DNA of 64,000 bases, taken from NCBI GenBank assembly GCA_036009625.1, contig DASYLJ010000166.1:1703-65702 (forward strand), written 5' to 3'. The notes below the pieces were generated by a model. That model was not told the origin of the DNA and did not search any database. It saw nothing but the letters and a program-made list of their open reading frames with translations. The translations under genes were made by a program, and so were the position numbers. This DNA is from Candidatus Binatia bacterium (GTDB taxonomy: Bacteria > Desulfobacterota > Binatia > DP-6). Numbering within the stretch: position 1 is the first letter of the stretch; each line of letters starts with the position of its first letter. Of the stretch, positions 49,749 through 56,909 are shown in pieces.

Positions 49749-50381
49749 ATGTCATGGCATGAACGGTGGCAGGACTACCGCGACCGTTACCGCGAACGGG
49801 TGACGGCGCGGCGCACTCTTGGTGCGACTGAACGCTACTACCGCCAACAGATACGGGAGGGCGAAACGGCGAAGAGAGAGGCCATTGCCGAGTATGAAGC
49901 CAAGCGCGCGTCTCTGGCGGGGCCAGAACACCACGACGCACGGAGCCACACATATGTCGCGGAACTCGCCGACTGTCGTTGGCGGGACGACGACATCGCA
50001 GCTTCACGCACTTCGATACTCGAAGCCCGCGCCCGGCATTGGGAGGTGCCGCTTCCGCTCGGAGCGCCTCACTACAGGAACCCATCCATGGACGGAATGG
50101 GTATCGGGCGGATTCTTACAGAGGACGGCGTTGCCGAACTGAGGCGGCGGATTCGTACCGAACAGAACGCGCGCTACTGGGAGCCCATACGCAATGCGAC
50201 GCCCCTGGTAGTCGGCCTTTTGGGATTCGTCGTCGCCATCGCATCACAGTGCAAGCCGCCGCCACAGGTCATCATTCCGAGCACCATCACCGTAGCCTTG
50301 GCGCCATCCACTCTGCCCATCACCACGACGTCATCGACGACCACCACGACCACAACCAGCACCCTCACGCCGCCCGACTAG
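49749..50381 (+). CDS. hypothetical protein with one TM helix and Thr-rich C-terminal tail
   Basis: 210 aa. The N-terminal half is charged and helical. The TM segment is ATPLVVGLLGFVVAIASQC. The tail is ITVALAPSTLPITTTSSTTTTTTTSTLTPPD. Confidence 0.6.
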   Translation: MSWHERWQDYRDRYRERVTARRTLGATERYYRQQIREGETAKREAIAEYEAKRASLAGPEHHDARSHTYVAELADCRWRDDDIAASRTSILEARARHWEVPLPLGAPHYRNPSMDGMGIGRILTEDGVAELRRRIRTEQNARYWEPIRNATPLVVGLLGFVVAIASQCKPPPQVIIPSTITVALAPSTLPITTTSSTTTTTTTSTLTPPD

Positions 50382-50397
50382 CGCACTCCACCTGAAG

Positions 50398-50646
50398 GTG
50401 CAGCCGACATCTTCACCCCTCGATGCCTCGATGCTACGAGGGCGCATGCCGTTGCGCGTGACTGCCATGCCGGGCCAGAACGACCCGACCCCGTGCAAGG
50501 TCTGCCGCGACGTCAACGAAACGTCCGTCGTCCTCTTCGGCTTTGTGTGGTGCTACCGCCGACCCTGCGGACACAACGCGCACATCAATGGCGGCGGCGA
50601 CCCACGCGCGGCACTGCGCATCACGCCCTGTACCTGTATTGAGTAG
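50398..50646 (+). CDS. possible small Cys/His-rich (zinc-ribbon-like) protein
   Basis: 82-aa ORF with CKVC...(20 residues)...CYRRPCGHNAH...CTC. The start is uncertain and there is no obvious SD. Confidence 0.3.
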   Translation: MQPTSSPLDASMLRGRMPLRVTAMPGQNDPTPCKVCRDVNETSVVLFGFVWCYRRPCGHNAHINGGGDPRAALRITPCTCIE

Positions 50647-50777
50647 GCGCATGCTCCTCCCCACCCAGCTCGCCACTCTGATACTCGTCGTCGTGTGCGT
50701 CGTCGCGTACGTGTGAACCGACGTGACCACGCGAAGGACGGACCGCCGACAATGACGTTGCCACCCGTGGAGGGCTC

Positions 50778-51068
50778 ATGGACGAATTACAGTGGCTTCA
50801 GCGGTGGTACGCGGCCCAGTGCAACGGCGATTGGGAGCATCAGCACGGCGTCAGGATAGACACTCTCGACAATCCGGGGTGGTCCGTCGCAGTCCAGCTT
50901 GAGGACACGGCGATTGCGGACCTATCCTTTGAACGCGTCGCAATAGAGCGCGCCCCGAATGATTGGATGCACTGCTGGGTCGAGAATCAGACGTTTGAAG
51001 GCAGGTGCGGGCCGCAGAACTTGGGCGACATGCTGGGCGTGTTCCGGAGTTGGGTCGAGAGCAGATGA
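50778..51068 (+). CDS. Imm53 family immunity protein (polymorphic-toxin immunity family)
   Basis: MDELQWLQRWYAAQCNGDWEHQHGVRIDTLDNPGWSVAVQLEDT...ERAPNDWMHCWVENQTFEGRCGPQNLGDMLGVFRSWV matches the Imm53 consensus I remember nearly motif for motif (W..QCNGDWEH.yG.kIdTLDNPGW...dW..C.ve...F.G.g....L). A ggaggg SD lies 4 nt upstream of the ATG. Confidence 0.8.
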   Translation: MDELQWLQRWYAAQCNGDWEHQHGVRIDTLDNPGWSVAVQLEDTAIADLSFERVAIERAPNDWMHCWVENQTFEGRCGPQNLGDMLGVFRSWVESR

Positions 51069-51090
51069 GTCCTGCCCCGTTCCACCGGCC

Positions 51091-51381
51091 ATGACGCTGC
51101 CGCCCTGGGATGCCTGGCACGCCATCGTGTCTCACGCGCTCGATTGCTTGGAGTCGAGGCCCCTCACCGTGGACGTCGCAACGCGCGAAGCGGATGCGCG
51201 CTACTTCATTCTTACGCGCGAGGGGGCAGACCTCTTCCTGGTCCTACCTAACGCCTTTGCCGATGCGGATGCCTTCGCAGGCGGGAAGCACCACGCGTTG
51301 ACGCGTGCGCTCGCGTGGCTGGCGACGGCTGAGACGGGAGCGCGGGTCGTGCTGCACCTCGAGCCGCACCCAGCCGTCTAG
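51091..51381 (+). CDS. hypothetical protein (follows Imm53; possible second immunity-like protein)
   Basis: ATG at 51091 (MTLPPWDAWHAIVSHALDCLESRPLTVDVATREADARYFILTREGADLFLVL...). 96 aa. No family recognised. Confidence 0.5.
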   Translation: MTLPPWDAWHAIVSHALDCLESRPLTVDVATREADARYFILTREGADLFLVLPNAFADADAFAGGKHHALTRALAWLATAETGARVVLHLEPHPAV

Positions 51382-51571
51382 ATATTGCAGACTGTGGGTT
51401 TCGCGCGAAGATTAGGCCAAACGCCCGCCCTTGTAGCAGGTTCTCGGCGCCTGTCACTCGGCAGAGTCCATGAACAACCGCCCGGCCGAAGTTGACTCCC
51501 GCGCCGACCGCACGCTACCGTCCGCGCATCGAAGACATGGAGTCTTCGACTCCTAGCAAGGAGGTGCGGGG

Positions 51572-51760
51572 ATGTTCGTAGCAGTGGAAACCGCGCGGGG
51601 GCCGGTCGCACTGAACCGGTTCTTGATAACGCGGGTACGGAAGCGGGACGACGGCAACTCTCGCGTCTATATGCTTGACGGTCGCTTCGTGGACGTCTGG
51701 CACACATGGCGCGAACTACAGGCCATCCTTAACGGCAACGACGGAGGGTGTTGCCAGTAG
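51572..51760 (+). CDS. small hypothetical protein
   Basis: 62 aa. A strong SD (aaggaggtgcgggg) precedes the ATG. The sequence is MFVAVETARGPVALNRFLITRVRKRDDGNSRVYMLDGRFVDVWHTWRELQAIL. Confidence 0.6.
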   Translation: MFVAVETARGPVALNRFLITRVRKRDDGNSRVYMLDGRFVDVWHTWRELQAILNGNDGGCCQ

Positions 51761-52305
51761 TCATCGGTAACACCGAGCGGGGACGCGGCAGGACGCGAGC
51801 CTGTACACTGTCCGGTAACAGCGGGCACGCGGGTAATTGGGGGCCGTCCCCACGGTGTTCCATCTCTTGTAGTACGCGGGACGTGGGCGGCGTGTGTTCA
51901 TCCGGTGTTCAACGGCCGGTCGGCGGCTCTCCCCACTCACCATGCGCCGCACGCCTACGATGATTGCAGCAACGTTCAACTCGCGGCGGTCGACCGAGTC
52001 GCCTTGCACTTGCGACCCAACCCGTGCCGTAACCGCCCTACGTCGACCCCTCCCATAGAGCCGGAGCCCGTCTCGTTCACCGACTTGGGTGACGCATTCG
52101 CCTTGCCGGAAATTCCGGACCACTGGCCGTCGCTCACCCGCTTCCACCACGACGTGGGGGCAGGCGTCCGACCGACCGATAGCCACTCTAACACTTCTCG
52201 TGGACGCCAGACGTCGAGGGGCATGAAGCTCAGAAACTCCCCGCGCGGTGTCGCCTGACACGTCACCGACTCCTGCGACGGTCCTCGATGGTGTAGTGTC
52301 TGTTC

Positions 52306-52704
52306 ATGCGTCGTGTGTTCGCCGTGGCAGTGGTGTTGTGGGTCACGTCCGCGACAGCCGGAGTGCGGACGCTCACCAGTTCGACATGCGGCGCCCGCTG
52401 CACCTTCGCGCTCTGCGTCGCCGCGACGGGTTACTATGAGGAATGCGCCAATGCTTGTGAGGCGGACATCGTAGTCCGCCCCGACGGGCGCGTGGACGTC
52501 GGCAAGATAGCTGATGGCCTCGTGGTGCTGTCTCGCGGCAAGAAACGCACTCGCCTACGCTGTCACCTTTCAACCGCTCCCTGCACTATCTGCGAAACCG
52601 ACGCCGACTGTACGGATACCCGCAATCCCGCCGCGCGTGGTATCTGCGCAGGGCTCACCTGTAGTTACGTGTGTCCCTCCGGAGCGGTCATCGACTATCA
52701 GTAA
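52306..52704 (+). CDS. small secreted 12-Cys protein, paralog A
   Basis: Signal peptide MRRVFAVAVVLWVTSATAG. The mature part has 12 Cys and is alignable with 53043..53423 (CG..CTF.LCV...GY.E.C...C.A..VV...RG.KKT.L.C....PC..C...D...G.C....C...C). Confidence 0.7.
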   Translation: MRRVFAVAVVLWVTSATAGVRTLTSSTCGARCTFALCVAATGYYEECANACEADIVVRPDGRVDVGKIADGLVVLSRGKKRTRLRCHLSTAPCTICETDADCTDTRNPAARGICAGLTCSYVCPSGAVIDYQ

Positions 52705-52713
52705 GTGTCTGCC

Positions 52714-53052
52714 ATGCGACTCGGACCCATTCTCGTCTGCCTGCTCGCCACAACCGCTTGGGGCGCTACCCTCGTGTGCGTTGACGGACAGCCGACGGGC
52801 GCGCTGACGTTCCGTGGAACGCGAACCACTCCGACGGTATGCGACACGGTGCGGGATGGCGTCTGCACCCTGCACCTCGGCCCTACCTGTACGCGCGTTG
52901 ACCCGCCGGGATGCCCGTGGGACCCGATGGTTGTGCCGGTCGGTAAGACGCGCCGGGCTCCCTTCTATGCGCGCGTGCGGGTGCGATGTCTCGAATGCCG
53001 CGCGCCGAGCGATTGCGGTACCGGGGTGTGTCGGGCGGGGCGATGTCGCTAG
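52714..53052 (+). CDS. small secreted 10-Cys protein
   Basis: ATG at 52714 (the track uses the GTG at 52705). Signal peptide MRLGPILVCLLATTAWG. The C-terminus is CLECRAPSDCGTGVCRAGRCR. Confidence 0.65.
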   Translation: MRLGPILVCLLATTAWGATLVCVDGQPTGALTFRGTRTTPTVCDTVRDGVCTLHLGPTCTRVDPPGCPWDPMVVPVGKTRRAPFYARVRVRCLECRAPSDCGTGVCRAGRCR

Positions 53053-53423
53053 CCCGCCGTTCGCTCGTGGTCCTCGCCATGGTCGTCGCGACCACCCCCG
53101 CGATGGCCGGCATCCGTTCTGTCTTCGAACGCCATGCTCCGTGCGGCCACGTCTGCACGTTTACATTGTGCGTTGGAACGTCGGGATATTGGGAGGCATG
53201 CACGTCGCCCTGTGACGCGAGCATGGTTGTCACGGCGGCTGACACCACGATTGTCCGACGCGGCAGCAAAAAGACCAAGCTAACCTGTGGCCCAAACTTG
53301 TCGCCGTGCGACCTGTGTACCGCGTGCGAGGATGATGACCCCGCCACACAGGGAGTGTGCTTGGAACAGACGACATGCGTCCAACTCTGCACTGACACGG
53401 GCGCCTCGTTCATCGAGCCATAG
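53043..53423 (+). CDS. small secreted 12-Cys protein, paralog B
   Basis: ATG at 53043, overlapping the previous gene by 10 nt. Signal peptide MSLARRSLVVLAMVVATTPAMAG. The 12 Cys sit at positions matching paralog A. Confidence 0.7.
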   Translation: MSLARRSLVVLAMVVATTPAMAGIRSVFERHAPCGHVCTFTLCVGTSGYWEACTSPCDASMVVTAADTTIVRRGSKKTKLTCGPNLSPCDLCTACEDDDPATQGVCLEQTTCVQLCTDTGASFIEP

Positions 53424-53516
53424 CAAGCCATTCCGAGACTCCGCGCCTGTGGAACAGACCCAGGTTCACTAGCCTGCCAGATTGACGGCGCCATGGCGCT
53501 GGAATACGGGGACGCC

Positions 53517-53963
53517 ATGGGGCGATGGCTAGCAGTCCTGTTCCTCGCGCTCGCGGTACATCCAACGAATGCCGAACTGCCTCCGCTGCCTGCCGGGACG
53601 CGACTGCTCGTGACGCTGACGGAGGCAGATGGCGCGGTCTCCAACGTGAAGCTTCGTTCGCGCCGCTGCTACACACTACGTGGGCTGCGATTTTGTGCAG
53701 GGCGTAGCCGGCCCTGCACGCCACGCGGCTGCACCGTCCTGATGTACCCGAGACGATGGACTGTCGAGGTCATGGGGGCTGCTACTCCAATCATGCTCAT
53801 CGACCGGAATGGGGTTCGGTGTCATCTGGCTTTTGACCCCGGCCAACACGGCGATGTCCAGGTGGGAACCTTTGCGTGTTATGATTTGGACGGTGGCGGC
53901 ATCGTCAACCCCGACTACGAAGGCACGTTCGTTCTGACACGATTGGGTAGAGGTCCGCGCTAG
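53517..53963 (+). CDS. hypothetical secreted protein (6 Cys)
   Basis: The ATG at 53517 gives signal peptide MGRWLAVLFLALAVHPTNA (the track start is 53493). No family recognised. Confidence 0.6.
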   Translation: MGRWLAVLFLALAVHPTNAELPPLPAGTRLLVTLTEADGAVSNVKLRSRRCYTLRGLRFCAGRSRPCTPRGCTVLMYPRRWTVEVMGAATPIMLIDRNGVRCHLAFDPGQHGDVQVGTFACYDLDGGGIVNPDYEGTFVLTRLGRGPR

Positions 53964-53977
53964 TCACTCTCGGAAGT

Positions 53978-54598
53978 ATGTTGAACATGCAATTTCGGCG
54001 GCTTGCTGCTGGCCTCGCCCTCGCCCTCGCGCTTGGTATGGGTGTGGCGCTCGGTCAGGATAACACCACGACCACGACGTCATCGACGAGCACGACAACG
54101 TATACGTTGCCGCCCGAACAGGTGGCGTGTGGCACCCACTACCACTGCATGCTGAGGGCATGTCGCAAGGCGTGCGATACCAACGCATACTGCCGGGCAC
54201 GTTGCTTTGAACGTTGGGATGCATGCCTCCATGCCAATGGGTGTGACTTCGCGTTTCCGTTTTGCATCACCGGTGTCGGCTATGGCGAGTGTAACGTCAC
54301 GGTGCCTGGTGAAACCTACGGCTGTGCCGTTGTCCGTCTGGTGAACCGCACCGCCGACGTGTTGTCGAATGTCGCTATCAACGGTCAGGCCACCGGAGTG
54401 ACCGTGCCACCGCACAGTGCGATGCAGGTGCTGATACCGCCGTCACTCAGCGGGGTGACGGTCACCGCTGACTCCATGACATCGGTGGATGCGTCCGGTG
54501 GTCCATGTGCGTGGACGTTCACGCGCGCCAGGTGTTTGGACGAAGTGGAGAAGCAACGAGTCACATTTCGTCGCGGGAATTCCTCGTGCGCTCAGTGA
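53978..54598 (+). CDS. hypothetical secreted protein with Thr/Ser-rich linker and 14 Cys
   Basis: Signal peptide MLNMQFRRLAAGLALALALGMGVALG. Then QDNTTTTTSSTSTTTYTLPP, followed by a Cys-rich helical-looking block (CGTHYHCMLRACRKACDTNAYCRARCFERWDAC). Confidence 0.65.
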   Translation: MLNMQFRRLAAGLALALALGMGVALGQDNTTTTTSSTSTTTYTLPPEQVACGTHYHCMLRACRKACDTNAYCRARCFERWDACLHANGCDFAFPFCITGVGYGECNVTVPGETYGCAVVRLVNRTADVLSNVAINGQATGVTVPPHSAMQVLIPPSLSGVTVTADSMTSVDASGGPCAWTFTRARCLDEVEKQRVTFRRGNSSCAQ

Positions 54599-54821
54599 CG
54601 ACTACTGCGTCGGTCGCAGTTCGCATGACGCGTTTGTCGTGACGGCGGTCGCCGTCCCAACCGACACCACGGTGTCACAGCAAGCACGCGGCCAACCGCA
54701 GGTCCCGCCGTGGACGTCACGCACAAGAAGTCGCCCGCGCACTCAACGCCACGGTGACCACACACTACTCGGCCTGCGAGATTCCTTGCCGGCGCCGCAT
54801 GCCGCGTGGTGCCGCCAATCC

Positions 54822-55667
54822 ATGCTGACTCGCGCCCTTGCCGGCCTGGTCTTCCTCACGGTGGCGACCGCCCACGCAACGGACATCGTCGTCCCCGATG
54901 ACTACCCGACCATCCAAGCCGCCGTTGATGCCGCCGCATCCGCAGGCGACCGGGTACTCGTGCGACAGGGCGAGTATCCGGAGTCCGTGAAGGTCGAAGC
55001 CAAGACGCTCACCATCGAGGGACTCGACGGTACTCCAACCTTGCTGCCCGGCCCTAAGCGTCCCGGAGTGTTTCAGCGGAAGCGAGGAACGCCTTCCCGG
55101 CTGACCTTGCAAGGGGTCGCAATCACCGGCGGGAGCACCGCTATCGACTGCGACAACTGCTCCGTCTACCTGAGCGCTATCACAGACAGCCGCGACGGAA
55201 TTCGAATTCGCGGTGCGGGATACGGCGGAAACACGGTGCTCGTGGGCAATGCGCTAACGAACATTGCCACAGGATATGGCATCCACCTGCGGCGCCATCC
55301 GCTTGGGCAGAGCGTCGACATCGAGGAGAACGTCATCGTTGGATGCGGCAAGGATGGCATCCACGCGAGTGGAAAGAGCGTCCGCAACGTCGAATTCAAC
55401 AACGTGACGAATTGCCGGCGCAACGGCATCGTCCTGAAGACGGCTGCGTACACCGTTACCGACAATCGTGCCACGACCAATGGCGCGGCAGGCATCGTGA
55501 CGAAGCAGGAGACGGACCCGGCCTACTTCCTCTACAACTGGGCAACTGACAACGGCACTTACGGCCTCGACCTCAAATCAACGTATGACCCGTCTGCGTT
55601 CGACTTCCTGAACCCCGCGATGGGCAACGGCGTGGCGAATATTCGGACCTCAGTCGGAGTGCTGTAG
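54822..55667 (+). CDS. secreted right-handed parallel beta-helix repeat protein (NosD/pectate-lyase-fold-like)
   Basis: The ATG at 54822 gives signal peptide MLTRALAGLVFLTVATAHA. TDIVVPDDYPTIQAAVDAAASAGDRVLVRQGEYPESV is the typical N-terminus of beta-helix proteins. Repeated N..GI/G.GI units follow (GYGIHL, KDGIHASG, RNGIVL, AAGIVT). Confidence 0.7.
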   Translation: MLTRALAGLVFLTVATAHATDIVVPDDYPTIQAAVDAAASAGDRVLVRQGEYPESVKVEAKTLTIEGLDGTPTLLPGPKRPGVFQRKRGTPSRLTLQGVAITGGSTAIDCDNCSVYLSAITDSRDGIRIRGAGYGGNTVLVGNALTNIATGYGIHLRRHPLGQSVDIEENVIVGCGKDGIHASGKSVRNVEFNNVTNCRRNGIVLKTAAYTVTDNRATTNGAAGIVTKQETDPAYFLYNWATDNGTYGLDLKSTYDPSAFDFLNPAMGNGVANIRTSVGVL

Positions 55668-55669
55668 GA

Positions 55670-56557
55670 ATGACCATGCTCGTGCGACTCGTCATCACTG
55701 CTCTTGTGACTTTCCTCGCGGCGCAGTCTGCCCACGCGCTCGACATCACGACGTGCGGCACGGTCGTGCCTGAGCGGACCGTGGGCGTCCTCGTCGCTGA
55801 CCTTGAGTGTATCGGCTCTGGTCCGTCAATAACGGTGGAACGAGCCGCATCGCTGAACCTCGATGGCCACACACTTCGCGTTCTCAATCCTCCGCCTCCT
55901 CCCTTCGTGACCACGGCCGTGGGTGTCCAGTGCAGCGGTCCTGGTCCGTGCGTGATTCAGGGACCTGGGACGATAGAGGCCGACCATGTTGCGGTAAACC
56001 TCTTGGAGCGCGCCGCCCTACGCATGTCGGCCGGCGTAACTCTGCGGGCGCCTGTCGGTATCTACGCGTTGAGAGAGCGTCTCGCCGTTCGTCTGTCCGA
56101 CGTCGTCATCGAGTATGGTGCGTCGGCTATCTATGCGGCCGCAGGCGGCGACTCCCGCTATCGATATGCACCTCGGGTGCTCGTGGAGGATGTGCTGCTC
56201 ACGTTTGCGCCGGAACTTGGTTCGCGCAACTACACGACGCTCTCGGCCAAAACGCTGAAGGGCACGGGGCTAACGTTTGTGGGGCCCCGCGAGGAAACGG
56301 GGAATCGGGCGATAGAGGCCAAGGCCGTATCTCTAGTCAACCTGACGATGGTGGATGTGACGGCCTTGGGATGCGGCGTGACCGCTGAACGTGTGACGCT
56401 TCGGGATTCCGTGGTCACGGGGAACTACGAATTTCCGTCGCGGCCATGTGATATCGCGGCTATCCGGATGCCGCGTCTCATAGGCACAACGTGCGACCAC
56501 AGTGCCCGGCAAACTCCTCCGTTTCCGTTCGACTGGGATGTCTGCCTCAGCGACTAG
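55670..56557 (+). CDS. hypothetical secreted protein (8 Cys), possibly beta-helical
   Basis: The ATG at 55670 follows aggaa. Signal peptide MTMLVRLVITALVTFLAAQSAHA. The beta-rich periodicity looks repetitive. No family recognised. Confidence 0.6.
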   Translation: MTMLVRLVITALVTFLAAQSAHALDITTCGTVVPERTVGVLVADLECIGSGPSITVERAASLNLDGHTLRVLNPPPPPFVTTAVGVQCSGPGPCVIQGPGTIEADHVAVNLLERAALRMSAGVTLRAPVGIYALRERLAVRLSDVVIEYGASAIYAAAGGDSRYRYAPRVLVEDVLLTFAPELGSRNYTTLSAKTLKGTGLTFVGPREETGNRAIEAKAVSLVNLTMVDVTALGCGVTAERVTLRDSVVTGNYEFPSRPCDIAAIRMPRLIGTTCDHSARQTPPFPFDWDVCLSD

Positions 56558-56681
56558 AGTGCATGGCGCCTCCTGTGGCGAGGCACCCGCCCGTTGTGCG
56601 CGATGGCGGCCACACACCATCGGGGGGACGGCGCCCGCACTTCTAGGCCCCGAGTTGTCGGAAACGAGCGCCGCCCTGGGA

Positions 56682-56909
56682 TTACCCGTCGAGTTTCCTC
56701 AGTAGCTCTAGAACGAAGGGGCCAGCGTGGGCGGGGTCGCGCCAGACGTTGTCGCGCCGCAGGTAGAGCAAAAGCGACCGCACGACGTCGGCCAGGACGT
56801 CGTGTGATGGGACGTTCGGGCGACGTGGTGCCGGCGTTGGCGGGAAGTCGCGGACGGTCCGCTCGATGAATCCGGTATCCTTCGTGAGGAATTTGAGCTT
56901 ACTGAGCAT
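56682..56909 (-). CDS. small hypothetical protein
   Basis: 75-aa ORF that overlaps the stop of the upstream 394-aa gene by 11 nt. It is the last gene of the leftward packaging-side operon. Confidence 0.45.
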   Translation of the reverse strand: MLSKLKFLTKDTGFIERTVRDFPPTPAPRRPNVPSHDVLADVVRSLLLYLRRDNVWRDPAHAGPFVLELLRKLDG

